Assembly (NCBI GenBank): GCA_016934055.1
Contig: JAFGTR010000028.1
Span: 7,929-71,928, forward strand
DNA length: 64,000 nucleotides
Reading direction: 5' to 3'
DNA from: Bacteroidales bacterium
Lineage (GTDB): Bacteria; Bacteroidota; Bacteroidia; Bacteroidales; UBA10428
In this document: positions 17,933-27,789 of the stretch, one piece after another
Layout of the letters: each line of letters starts with the position of its first letter
Position numbering within the stretch: the stretch's first letter is position 1
The notes under the pieces: model-generated
What the model was told of the DNA's origin: nothing
Database searches by the model: none
What the model saw: only the letters and a program-made list of their open reading frames with translations
Translations under genes and position numbers: made by a program

Positions 17933-19405
17933 TTAAGTGATATCAAACCATGTTGAAAGCCATTCGGGCGCCTTGTTTACACGTGAAACATGCTCAAATT
18001 CATTCTTTTTAGGATCATAAAGATAATCTTTTTTCAAAAAATCAATATTTCCGATGATTTCATTTAAGGCTTTCATAAAAAAACGAACCTCATTGTTCCG
18101 CATGGTAGGATGCAGAGAAAGCCTTATCCAACCGGGCTTATCAGACAGATCGCCCCGGTTTATCTTTTCTGTTATCTCATGAGAACGGTAATAACTGACT
18201 TCCAGTAAATAATGACCGTATGTTCCTGCACAAACGCATCCTCCTCTTACCTGGATACCATAAAGGTCACTTAACAGTTTAACCAGCAAATTATAGTGTA
18301 TTGACTGATGATAAAAGGAAATGACACCCAGCCTGTGATCAACATTATCAGCCAGAATCTTAATGCCCTTTACTTTACGAAGTCCCGATATGGCCAGCAT
18401 AACCAGTTCATCCTCCCGCCTGAGGATGTTGTCCACGCCCATTTCTTCTTTCAGCTTGATAGCAAGAGCCGCTCTGATGGCCTGAAGAAATCCCGGAGTG
18501 CCACCATCTTCGCGCATTTCAATATTATCAGTGTATTTATATTCACCCCAGGGATTGGTCCATTCAACCGTTCCTCCTCCTGAATCATCCGGCGCTTTGG
18601 CATTGTACAATGATTTATTGAATATTAAAACTCCTGAAGATCCCGGACCACCAAGAAACTTATGAGGGGAGAAATATATGGCATCGAGTTTCTGCAAAGG
18701 GTTTTCGGGATGCATATTCATATTAACATAAGGCGCTGAAGCAGCAAAATCAATAAAACATATTCCATTATGCTTATGCATAATTTCTGCCATTTCATGA
18801 TAAGGCGTAATGATGCCGGTCACATTCGAGCAGGCTGTAAACGCACCTATCTTATATTTCCGGCCGGCATATTTTCTGACTTCATGCTCCAGTTCATTCA
18901 GGTCAATCAACAATCCGGGACCGGGTTTTATCATCACAACATCGGCAAAGGTTTCGTACCATGAAGTATGATTGGAGTGATGTTCCATATGGGTCAGAAA
19001 AATAACGGGTCGGTCAGCTGATGTAAAAAAATTACCTTTATCAGACAGATTGCAGCCTTTCAGTCCCATAATGCGCTGCAGTTTGTTCACAACCGATGTC
19101 ATGCCTGAGCCAAATGTGATGATGACATCATCTGTTCCGGCATTGACATGTTTCTTAATCAGATCATGTGCATAATGGTAGCTGAGAGTCATGCGTGTAC
19201 CCGTCTCACTTGTTCCGGTATGTGTATTGGCAACAAAAGGCCCGAATATATTGGCTATTCTATCCTCAATTGGTTTGTATAAGCGTCCGCTTGCTATCCA
19301 GTCGAAATAATGAATTTTCTTTCGCCCAAAGGGTGTATTGTAGTATGTGCTGATTCCTGCTATATTTTTCCGGAAATCATCAAAATATTTTTCCAGTGGA
19401 GACAT
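17933..19405 (-). CDS. Class-V-fold PLP-dependent enzyme (cysteine desulfurase / selenocysteine lyase-like)
   Basis: PLP-lysine context FSPHKFLGGPGSSGVL, plus HHSNHTSW. Start moved to MSPLEKY (ATG 19405), because the listed N-terminus is a low-complexity read-through. Confidence 0.7.
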   Translation of the reverse strand: MSPLEKYFDDFRKNIAGISTYYNTPFGRKKIHYFDWIASGRLYKPIEDRIANIFGPFVANTHTGTSETGTRMTLSYHYAHDLIKKHVNAGTDDVIITFGSGMTSVVNKLQRIMGLKGCNLSDKGNFFTSADRPVIFLTHMEHHSNHTSWYETFADVVMIKPGPGLLIDLNELEHEVRKYAGRKYKIGAFTACSNVTGIITPYHEMAEIMHKHNGICFIDFAASAPYVNMNMHPENPLQKLDAIYFSPHKFLGGPGSSGVLIFNKSLYNAKAPDDSGGGTVEWTNPWGEYKYTDNIEMREDGGTPGFLQAIRAALAIKLKEEMGVDNILRREDELVMLAISGLRKVKGIKILADNVDHRLGVISFYHQSIHYNLLVKLLSDLYGIQVRGGCVCAGTYGHYLLEVSYYRSHEITEKINRGDLSDKPGWIRLSLHPTMRNNEVRFFMKALNEIIGNIDFLKKDYLYDPKKNEFEHVSRVNKAPEWLSTWFDIT

Positions 19406-19650
19406 CTGCTTGAGATATAATATAAACTGAGCAAAGATAAAAGATGAAAGAACAAAGAAAAATGATGTATGCGTAAAATAGAAGGTTATCAATAAGAAAA
19501 TGATATATCTCATTAAACAGGCTTGATTTTATGTTGTGTACCATCAGTCTTCGGTTTTCAAAAAAACTTCCGGTCAGCCATGAAAAATCTATGATACTTT
19601 ATCTTTATGCTTTTGCGGTATGATTATTTTTAAATACTGTGAAAGAATAT

Positions 19651-19658
19651 TATCTTTG
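19651..19658 (+). promoter_or_regulatory. Candidate -7 box TATCTTTG for tRNA-His
   Basis: Matches TAnnTTTG 14 nt upstream of the tRNA 5' end. Confidence 0.45.
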
Positions 19659-19671
19659 CCGTCCTGAATAT

Positions 19672-19747
19672 GGTGGTCGTAGCTCAGTTGGTTAGAGCGC
19701 CAGATTGTGGCTCTGGAGGTCGCCGGTTCGAGTCCGGTCTTCCACCC
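19672..19747 (+). tRNA. tRNA-His (anticodon GTG) with encoded G-1
   Basis: Hand-folded cloverleaf. D arm GCTC-AGTTGGTTA-GAGC; anticodon arm CCAGA-TTGTGGC-TCTGG; T arm GCCGG-TTCGAGT-CCGGT. An extra 5' G is opposite C73. The acceptor stem has two internal mismatches. No encoded CCA. Confidence 0.75.
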
Positions 19748-19814
19748 GAAAGCCCCCTAAATCCCCCTAAGGGGGACTTAAAGAATGCACGGTATTGAAC
19801 CAATGCTTAACCGA

Positions 19815-19838
19815 AACCCGGAGTTATCCGGGTTTTTG
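19815..19838 (+). terminator. Rho-independent terminator about 70 nt downstream of tRNA-His
   Basis: AACCCGGA-gtta-TCCGGGTT followed by TTTGTT. Confidence 0.65.
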
Positions 19839-19986
19839 TTATTTGCAGGATTGTTTTTAAAAAACATTGATGAAAGGTGAGAAATCTCATCAGTGGTTTG
19901 GGTTAAATGAAAAGTGGATTCGCGTACCTTTGATGAACGGCATAAAATCGTTTCAATCAATCAGTAAAAAATGAATTCATGCACCC

Positions 19987-21291
19987 ATGAATAAGGTTAA
20001 AACCATACAGTATAAGCTGGATGAAAAAGAAAAAGAGCTGAAAGCTCTGAAAAAAACTCTTAAATCCATTACACAATCTGCAAAACAGAATGAAGAGCTC
20101 TTACATTCTCTCGTTGAAGCTGCTGCCGGAAAAATCGGTCAGGATTTTTTTGATAACATTGTCATTAAGTTATCAGAATGGTTAAACGCTGAATGTGTGC
20201 TGATTGGAAGGATAGTCGGATATGAAAGGATACAGGCTGTTCCTTTATACCTGGATGGTACAATCCGGCATGATTTCTCATATGAACTGGAGGGTTCGCC
20301 TTGCGACATCACTACACGGAAAGGGTATTGTGAATATGCTGAAAACGTTATGTATCTGTTTCCGAAAGATAAGATACTTGTTGACCTGCATGCTGAAGGA
20401 TATATCGGCACCGCACTGTATAACAGATCGGGTGAAATTAACGGCGTGATATGTGCTGTTTCGAGGAAAAAGCTTATGATACCTCCGTATGCCAGGGATA
20501 TCATGAAAATAATCGGCGCCAGGGTATCTGCCGAAATTGAACGGATGAAAACAGAAGAGGCTCTCAAACAGTCAGAAACTGAACTAAAAGAGAGCAACGC
20601 CACCAAAGATAAACTGTTTTCTATCATTGCCCATGATTTAAGAAGTCCCTTGAGCACTTTGATGGGTTTTACCGAGCTTTTAATCAGAAATTTTGAAAAA
20701 ATCGAAACAAAGAAGCAAAAAGAAATTATCGGATTGATTAACAAGAGTACAAACGATACCTATAAATTACTTGAAAACCTGTTAACCTGGGCTCTTGCTC
20801 AACGCGGACTGATTCATTACAACCAGGATCATGTAAACCTTGAAGTATTGATAAAAGAAAACATATTGCTGTTGGAGAACACAGCACTGGAAAAAGAAAT
20901 CTCAATTGTCAACAAAGCCGGCAAAGATATTGTTGTAAAAGCAGACCGCCAGATGGTATCCACCATTTTGCGGAACCTGTTGACCAATGCGATAAAGTTT
21001 ACGCCGGTTAAGGGACAAATTGAAATAACAGCAAAAATATTACCGGGAGAAAAACCGAAGTCAGCCGAAATATGCGTATCCGATAACGGCATTGGAATGG
21101 ATGCCGGTAAAATAGCCGGACTTTTCAAGCCTGAGAGTCATTTTTCAGAAGCAGGAACAGCCGCCGAGAAGGGAACAGGACTTGGATTGATTATTTGTAA
21201 AGAATTCATTGAAAAGAACGGTGGTGCAATTAATGTACAAAGTGAATCCGGAAAGGGCAGCAAATTTACTTTCACACTTGAGGCTGTATAA
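19987..21291 (+). CDS. Cytoplasmic GAF-domain sensor histidine kinase
   Basis: N-terminal coiled coil and a GAF-like region. H-box FSIIAHDLRSPL, N-box LRNLLTNAIKFT, G-boxes DNGIGM and GTGLGL. Confidence 0.85.
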   Translation: MNKVKTIQYKLDEKEKELKALKKTLKSITQSAKQNEELLHSLVEAAAGKIGQDFFDNIVIKLSEWLNAECVLIGRIVGYERIQAVPLYLDGTIRHDFSYELEGSPCDITTRKGYCEYAENVMYLFPKDKILVDLHAEGYIGTALYNRSGEINGVICAVSRKKLMIPPYARDIMKIIGARVSAEIERMKTEEALKQSETELKESNATKDKLFSIIAHDLRSPLSTLMGFTELLIRNFEKIETKKQKEIIGLINKSTNDTYKLLENLLTWALAQRGLIHYNQDHVNLEVLIKENILLLENTALEKEISIVNKAGKDIVVKADRQMVSTILRNLLTNAIKFTPVKGQIEITAKILPGEKPKSAEICVSDNGIGMDAGKIAGLFKPESHFSEAGTAAEKGTGLGLIICKEFIEKNGGAINVQSESGKGSKFTFTLEAV

Positions 21292-21573
21292 TTAAAATTT
21301 TACTTTTTCTTTCCAGTTCCACCATTTCAGTTTTTCCGGATCCCTTTCCTGTTGCGGTGTTTCAGCAAAATAAACTGCACACCGTAAAACATAAAGCAGA
21401 CAACGATCCTGGGTTTTTCCGGCATAGTCATTGGACAATGCATACAACCTTTCCGGATCCATGCCTTTAAGATCTTCAACATGGTGAATGCCTATATTCC
21501 GCAAGTCCTGTGCAATTGATTTACCGACACCGGGAATATCTGTCAGGGTTTGAGCAGTCGCAAATATTTTCAT
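21292..21573 (-). CDS. Helix-hairpin-helix small protein (Cdd1/pathogenicity-locus-like family)
   Basis: 93 aa. LTDIPGVGKSIAQDL is an HhH motif. It lies 5 nt downstream of the MCP gene. Family assignment is from recollection. Confidence 0.5.
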   Translation of the reverse strand: MKIFATAQTLTDIPGVGKSIAQDLRNIGIHHVEDLKGMDPERLYALSNDYAGKTQDRCLLYVLRCAVYFAETPQQERDPEKLKWWNWKEKVKF

Positions 21574-21578
21574 AATAA

Positions 21579-22823
21579 CTAAAATCTTTCAAAATCTTTA
21601 TCATCTTCAGAGGATGGCACAATGCCCTTTATACTCTTCAGCTTATATCCGTCAGACTGCTTTTCACCGGTTTTAACATCAGGCATGTCAGATGGCCTTT
21701 TAAACTGTTGTTTATTGTTTGTTTTAAAGAAAGAAATTAACTCGGTAAGTTGCTCTGCCTGCGAAGACAATTCCTCAGCATTGGAGGAAAGTTCTTCTGC
21801 CGAAGAAGCATTTTGTTGTGTTACACTGTTTAATTGCTGTATAGCAGAACTGACCTGGTTAGCTCCGTTATTTTGCTCAATGCTTGAAGCGGTAATTTCC
21901 TGTATAAGCCTGGTTGTTTTTTCAACAGTGGGAAGAGTATTGACCATCACTTCACCGGCTCCGTTAGTCAGCTCAAAGCTTTCATGGGTCAGACTGACAA
22001 TTTCTTCTGCTGCAACTTTACTCCTTTCAGCAAGCTTTCTGACTTCAGCAGCCACTACGGCAAAACCTTTACCATGCTCTCCTGCCCTGGCAGCTTCAAC
22101 AGCTGCATTCAGTGCAAGAATATTGGTTTGAAAAGCAATATCGTTGATGACAGTTATCTTCTCAAGTATAGTCTTATTCGCTTCAACAGCCTTTTTTGCC
22201 CTTGAGGAAACCTCCATGATTCCATTATTGGCTTCCTGTGATGTTGATTCTGTTTGTTGTGCGTTCTCGGTATTGCTCGCAATATTAGCAGCCATCTGTT
22301 CCATCGTGGAAGATATTTCTTCAACTGTGGATGCCTGTTCATTGGCCCCCTGCGATAACTGCTGAGATGCATTACTGATTTGCTGGCTGGCGGCATGAAG
22401 ATGATCGGCATTTCTGTCAATTTTCATAATTATATTATGCAAATTGCTCACCAGTTCGGCAAGAGAATTATTCAATATGCCTAATTCGTTCTGAGCTTTT
22501 GTTTCCTGAATTTTGATATCCAGGTTCCCCTCTGACACAGCTTTTACCTGAGAAATGGCATTATCCAGCGGTTTACGCAATAGATTATTAATTATAATAA
22601 ATACCACTGTGCCGAGTGCAAAATTCAGTGGCGTAATCCACAGCATATGAATTCCCCCCAGTTTATACTGAACCAGGTCAGCAAACGTAATATAAAAGAT
22701 AAACAATACGATGTAAAAGCTGAAAGTAAACATGATGGATTTCCTGAAGATAAGTTTCAGAATCAGATAAGCCACCGGTATACCGCCGATGACTACCAAG
22801 GCCTGTCTAAGATATTCATTCAT
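21579..22823 (-). CDS. Methyl-accepting chemotaxis protein (membrane-embedded N-terminus, HAMP, MA domain)
   Basis: Highly conserved hairpin tip [44 protein letters not shown] region after the N-terminal TM helices. Confidence 0.9.
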   Translation of the reverse strand: MNEYLRQALVVIGGIPVAYLILKLIFRKSIMFTFSFYIVLFIFYITFADLVQYKLGGIHMLWITPLNFALGTVVFIIINNLLRKPLDNAISQVKAVSEGNLDIKIQETKAQNELGILNNSLAELVSNLHNIIMKIDRNADHLHAASQQISNASQQLSQGANEQASTVEEISSTMEQMAANIASNTENAQQTESTSQEANNGIMEVSSRAKKAVEANKTILEKITVINDIAFQTNILALNAAVEAARAGEHGKGFAVVAAEVRKLAERSKVAAEEIVSLTHESFELTNGAGEVMVNTLPTVEKTTRLIQEITASSIEQNNGANQVSSAIQQLNSVTQQNASSAEELSSNAEELSSQAEQLTELISFFKTNNKQQFKRPSDMPDVKTGEKQSDGYKLKSIKGIVPSSEDDKDFERF

Positions 22824-23182
22824 GATCTGCCGATTTTAAAAAAAATTCAAAGGAAAACAATCACATCTTTTTGATTATTATTTATATGTAATGTAATAAT
22901 TTCTTTTGAGATTCTCAAGCGTTTTCCCCATTCTGTTCGAATAATAAATTTTCGGGAGATTCATTTATACTCTGCTTATGCAGACTGGATTATGAGAACG
23001 CAAATCCAGCCTGGCTTTTGCCGGTATATCAAAATCGTGCGGACATAATACCGGGAATGGTTTTGTGAAGTCGTACAGCAGTTAGTATATTGAGGCAATT
23101 AAGATATGATAAAAAGAATAACGGCAGATTATTTATCTATAAATCAATATACTGTTCAATATTAAGCGCTTTGGTTTTAATA

Positions 23183-24961
23183 TCAATAAGTTGTATTATG
23201 AATGAACTTTACAATGGTTGTTGTGCCGGCAGATTTGATTTTAAGAAAGTAGAGTCCTGAAGGAAGTTCATCCACATCCACTTCAACTTCAAACGCCTTA
23301 GGTTCAATATATTCTGTCATCATGTTTCTGCCGGAAAGATCAAGAATTTCACATCTTGCCCCGGCAAATCTTTCTGTTGATCTAATCATTAACAGCTGGT
23401 TGACAGGATTGGGATAGATTTCAATTCCGGAAACTGAATGACCGGAATCATATTTTCCATCGAAAATTAATGAAGTACTTCCCGGGGGATCACAGGTTCC
23501 CCATTTGTATGCATATGTTGTGTTTGCAATGCCGATGGTATATTTTCTTTTGATCCCGTCCCATAAAGCGCAGGCAGAAGGAACGGTCTCACTGGCAGTA
23601 AGATTACTGTCGTTCAGGAAAATGAAAGATCCTGAGTCTCCCGGACTAAGATAGGTGAAACAACTGTAAATCCCATCCCCGATATCAGCCATGGTAAGGA
23701 GGGTATCTGAACCACCTGTAATATCACCGGCAACGTAAACGCCTTTTGACATATCCTGACCGCTCATATCCACCTTAAAGATGACTTTAACCGTATTGAG
23801 GTCTTCATAAAATTGTGGCTCCATCCACCGGCCCCCGCCGTTTTCCATAAAGTTGGTGTTAACCGGATCAAAGAATACAAGGTGATCATGCGATGATCCC
23901 TGCCCCCAGGGCGTTCTGCAAGGCGTTGAAACCCAGGCAGGTTCCCAGAATATGACCCCGGAACCTCCTGATCTTTTTACCTCACGGGTATAATCAACCA
24001 TATATTCCAGTTGTTTTTCGGGAATGACAGGCAGATAGGCCGGATCGGGTGTTGTAACGATATTTCCCAAGGCATCATAGTTCTGTGTCGTCCATAAATA
24101 ACCGGTTTCTACCACCATGGCCTCATAACCGGGATGAGCCGACAGCAATGACCTTATGGCTGAACCCAGCGATGAAATGCTGCCACCATGCCAGGCATAG
24201 TAGTATGAGAAACCCATAATATCAAAATCGGTAACACCGTTGCTGATAATATTATTATACCACCAGCTTAATATATTGAGACCGGCACAATGTAAAGCTA
24301 TTTTTGGCTTGATTGATGTTGTCTGACTAACATCCCTGACGGCCTGAACAGCTGCATTATACAGTTGGGCATGCCGCGACCAGCTTGAACTCACACTTCC
24401 TCCCGCATTCCAGTTATCCACCGTTGTATGTTTCAGAATGCCATCATTGGTTTCATTGCCTATCTTCACAATCCCGGGCATCAGTGAATCGGCGTTAAGC
24501 TCTGTAAGGACAGCTGTGGTATAATTATACACTGAGTCTTTTAATGCTGCCAGATCATTTGCCACACCCAGCCATCGCGAAGGTATGACCTGACGTCCAG
24601 GATCAGCCCACATGTCGGAAAAATGAAAATCAAGCATAACTTCCATTCCTGCAGCCTTGCTGCGGGCTATGGTTTCCTTCACATCTTCGAAATCGGAGTA
24701 TTGAAGTTTCACGCCTTCGGGTTGTACAAGAGAATTCTGCCACACCGGATCAACCCACAACCTTACCCTTACCAGGTTTGTCCCGTGATCAGCAAAGATC
24801 TGGTAGACATCTTTCGGAATGCCGTTTTCTTTGAAAACAGCGCCGCAGTCTTCCATCTGGTTGACATAGGATAGATCATTGCCACGGTAAAAAGTCTGGC
24901 CGGTTACAATATGATTTGGCATGAAAAAAACCAATAATAAAAAATGCTGTAATCTCATCAT
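23183..24961 (-). CDS. Endo-beta-1,4-galactanase (GH53) with a beta-sandwich module and a T9SS type-A C-terminal sorting domain
   Basis: GH53 pattern GNDLSYVNQMED...NLVRVRLWVDP. Acid/base VKIGNETN and nucleophile VVETGY. The C-terminus YPNPVNQLLMI...LPSGLYFLKIK is a Por secretion tail. Confidence 0.8.
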   Translation of the reverse strand: MMRLQHFLLLVFFMPNHIVTGQTFYRGNDLSYVNQMEDCGAVFKENGIPKDVYQIFADHGTNLVRVRLWVDPVWQNSLVQPEGVKLQYSDFEDVKETIARSKAAGMEVMLDFHFSDMWADPGRQVIPSRWLGVANDLAALKDSVYNYTTAVLTELNADSLMPGIVKIGNETNDGILKHTTVDNWNAGGSVSSSWSRHAQLYNAAVQAVRDVSQTTSIKPKIALHCAGLNILSWWYNNIISNGVTDFDIMGFSYYYAWHGGSISSLGSAIRSLLSAHPGYEAMVVETGYLWTTQNYDALGNIVTTPDPAYLPVIPEKQLEYMVDYTREVKRSGGSGVIFWEPAWVSTPCRTPWGQGSSHDHLVFFDPVNTNFMENGGGRWMEPQFYEDLNTVKVIFKVDMSGQDMSKGVYVAGDITGGSDTLLTMADIGDGIYSCFTYLSPGDSGSFIFLNDSNLTASETVPSACALWDGIKRKYTIGIANTTYAYKWGTCDPPGSTSLIFDGKYDSGHSVSGIEIYPNPVNQLLMIRSTERFAGARCEILDLSGRNMMTEYIEPKAFEVEVDVDELPSGLYFLKIKSAGTTTIVKFIHNTTY

Positions 24962-25148
24962 GCTGAATTTAAATCAAAATCAATACAATATCATTAAGCC
25001 CACGCCGAAAAGTATATTTTCACAACTCAGGCCCCGGGCTGCAGTGAATCATAAAACATGATCCGGTCATTACGAACTCTTTCAGTTGCTTTGTCATTTT
25101 GTATATGAGGGTGACATTCCAGTTTCCAGACTAACCGGGGTAAACTCA

Positions 25149-27659
25149 TCATTTAATGGTTAAACTTACTTTATACTCCGGAATAATCTCATAATCTGTA
25201 ATCTGCAAAAATTCATTCTCATTTTTAAAATCAGGTAGAATATCCTTGTTAAAATAGCTCAGATAAGCTGCATTCTTGCGCATTGGAATAAAATAAAAAA
25301 CCATATCATGTTCCTGCAGCCTCGGTGCAAATCGCTTTAGTCCGATCAGCCAGGGTTCTCCGATATAAAAATTGTCGGTTTGAAGTTCTCCGTCAAGGAA
25401 GCACAAAGCCCGGTCCCCGCGGTAATTAAACTTTATGAATACATCATTGAGATTGGTTAAATCAAGATCGCCGGCAGCAAGAACCATATGACGGTCATCG
25501 GTCATGGTCAGCTTAACAGCAGGAACAGCTTTTGGAACGCTGACATTCCATTTTGTCATATATAAATTCATACTTTTCAGCGGCATGATATTGGCATTCA
25601 AGGCAGTCAGAGTATTTGCCTGCGGGTATATTTCAATTTCCCATTTCTCTTTACCTTTGCTCATAAGATTTATCACTTCATTCTCTTCCAGTACCAATGA
25701 CTCGCTTATCATCAGGTATTGATAACCGGGCTTCCCGGTAAGATAGGCATTCAAAGCTTTCTCCGCAGGAATAATGAGAAAATGTGTTTTTTCTCCCGGG
25801 AGATCAATGGTGCATTCAAAAACACGACCTTCCTCACCACTAACAAGTGTATTGCCATTTTGTTGAAAAGCAGTGGCCCCATATGTTTTGATCTTCGTTA
25901 AAGGTACTTTTAAAACAATCTCCGGGGATAACCCTTCCACCGAAAAAAATACATGGTAAGCCTCACCTGCGTTGACAAATGAGCATAAGGGCTGCACTGT
26001 GGCGTATTTAACCGGCAGTCCGCTGAATTCAATATTGAAAGGCAGGATAACCGAAGTTCCTGTCTTCATTTTAAAGCTTCCGGTTTCAGGAATTGATATT
26101 TCTTCTTCTCTGGTTTTAATTTTAATTTGCAGGTTATGCAGATCAGGTGTCACAACATGATCCTGAAAATTGTGCATAAAAACAAATCCTTTCATTCCGT
26201 CACTTCTCACGGCATAACGCAGCGTTGCCGTGTCCGCAGGGGTGATCCGGCTGTTTGTTTCAGGCAGTAAGGTTGGCAGGGGCGCCAATATTGAACCATA
26301 GTGCTGCAAAAAATAATTTACCAGTTTCAGGCTGTAAAATCCCTGTCCGGGCGTTCCAAATTCACGGACTGGCGCCTGGTAGTCATATGATTTGTTGGTA
26401 TAGCCGAAGCCCTCGGTATAATACAAAGGACCATCGGAAGGATTTGTGCCGCCGTGGTACATATAGTATCCCAGTCCGTTTGTACCGCTTCCCAGGGTTC
26501 GCACCATCAGGGGCAGAAAGCTTTCAGCCGGCACACGGGGACGTTTTGTATAGGTAATGCACATGCCTGTCCCCAGTTCAGCTGCCATGGAAGGATACAG
26601 TTCCGGGTTGTAGCTTACAGGTGAATAATCAGGATTCCTATGGAGATCTTTATACAGGTAAAGGGTTGATGGAACATCGCTGGATACCCAGGTGGGATAA
26701 GCATAACCTCCTGAAACAGGTATGGATCCTTTCTCAACAATTGTGGCAAAGCCCCATCCTGTTGCTGTGTATATCGGAGCTTCAATACCGTTTTTCTTTG
26801 CCATTTCCTTCAGTGTCTTCATGTGTTCCTGTCCGTATGCCCTGTAGTCATTGCCCATTTCATTCACACCCACTCCGCCCTGTATAATTTTACGATCGAA
26901 ACGGGCTGCCGACCATTCTTTCTCACTTCCCATATAATGCAGTGACCAGGGGGCCGCTGAATGCTGGTATTCATTCTCAAGCTGAATGCCGATGATGGGC
27001 CCTCCATCCTTAAAATATAAGCCCTTAAGCTGTTGGGCAACCTGTGTATAAAGCCGACTTGCATAAAACAGGTAGCCCGGATCATTTGAACGTATCTCGA
27101 AGGGTCGGCCGTAAAGCCAGTCGGGCAGACCCCCGTTACGCATTTCACCGTGGGCGAAAGGACCAATACGGACAATGACCTCAACATCATTTTTGCCGCA
27201 CAGTTCAACGAATTTACGAAGGTTGAGATCACCTTCCCAGTTAAAGACACCTTCCTGCCGTTCGTGCAGGATCCAAAACACATAGCTGGCAATAACATTG
27301 ATTCCGCCCGCTTTCATCTTCTTAATTTCCTCATCCCAGTATTGATTGGGATAGCGGCTGTAATGAAATTCACCCATTACAGGGAAAAAAGGTTTTCCGT
27401 TTCGCTCAATATAATAACTGTTGACTTCAATGGATTCACCGGTGACACTTTCTCCTCCCAGATCAAGATGACCTCTGAGAATTTCCTTGTGGGCAACTGA
27501 AACATCAATGGTGTAAATATTCTGCGCTTTTACACCCGTCATAATTCCTGTTGATAATAACAGGAACAATACCAAAGGCAGGTTATGAATCCCGTATCGG
27601 CAGAGACCATAAAATATCGGCATCGGGGTCGGGCAAACAAATGATGTATTATCCTTCAT
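25149..27659 (-). CDS. Beta-galactosidase, GH35
   Basis: GKPFFPVMGEFHYSRYP, the GH35 signature GIQLENEY, and GGTNFG-like HGGTNP. The start is uncertain (27659, 27623 or 27686). Confidence 0.88.
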   Translation of the reverse strand: MKDNTSFVCPTPMPIFYGLCRYGIHNLPLVLFLLLSTGIMTGVKAQNIYTIDVSVAHKEILRGHLDLGGESVTGESIEVNSYYIERNGKPFFPVMGEFHYSRYPNQYWDEEIKKMKAGGINVIASYVFWILHERQEGVFNWEGDLNLRKFVELCGKNDVEVIVRIGPFAHGEMRNGGLPDWLYGRPFEIRSNDPGYLFYASRLYTQVAQQLKGLYFKDGGPIIGIQLENEYQHSAAPWSLHYMGSEKEWSAARFDRKIIQGGVGVNEMGNDYRAYGQEHMKTLKEMAKKNGIEAPIYTATGWGFATIVEKGSIPVSGGYAYPTWVSSDVPSTLYLYKDLHRNPDYSPVSYNPELYPSMAAELGTGMCITYTKRPRVPAESFLPLMVRTLGSGTNGLGYYMYHGGTNPSDGPLYYTEGFGYTNKSYDYQAPVREFGTPGQGFYSLKLVNYFLQHYGSILAPLPTLLPETNSRITPADTATLRYAVRSDGMKGFVFMHNFQDHVVTPDLHNLQIKIKTREEEISIPETGSFKMKTGTSVILPFNIEFSGLPVKYATVQPLCSFVNAGEAYHVFFSVEGLSPEIVLKVPLTKIKTYGATAFQQNGNTLVSGEEGRVFECTIDLPGEKTHFLIIPAEKALNAYLTGKPGYQYLMISESLVLEENEVINLMSKGKEKWEIEIYPQANTLTALNANIMPLKSMNLYMTKWNVSVPKAVPAVKLTMTDDRHMVLAAGDLDLTNLNDVFIKFNYRGDRALCFLDGELQTDNFYIGEPWLIGLKRFAPRLQEHDMVFYFIPMRKNAAYLSYFNKDILPDFKNENEFLQITDYEIIPEYKVSLTIK

Positions 27660-27697
27660 ATCAAATAAATTAATATTATAACACACCGTAAATATAG

Positions 27698-27746
27698 GTC
27701 AGAAAAAAACAAAAACCCCTGCGAGAATTTACGGATTCCCGCAGGG
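27698..27746 (-). terminator. Hairpin plus T-tract between the T9SS glycan-binding candidate and the GH35 gene
   Basis: Stem CCCTGCG/CGCAGGG (27717-27723 / 27740-27746), followed on the minus strand by TTTTTGTTTTTTT. Confidence 0.55.
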
Positions 27747-27789
27747 TATATTTTGCGAAGATTTAAAATCCTTGCCTAATGCAAAGTTT

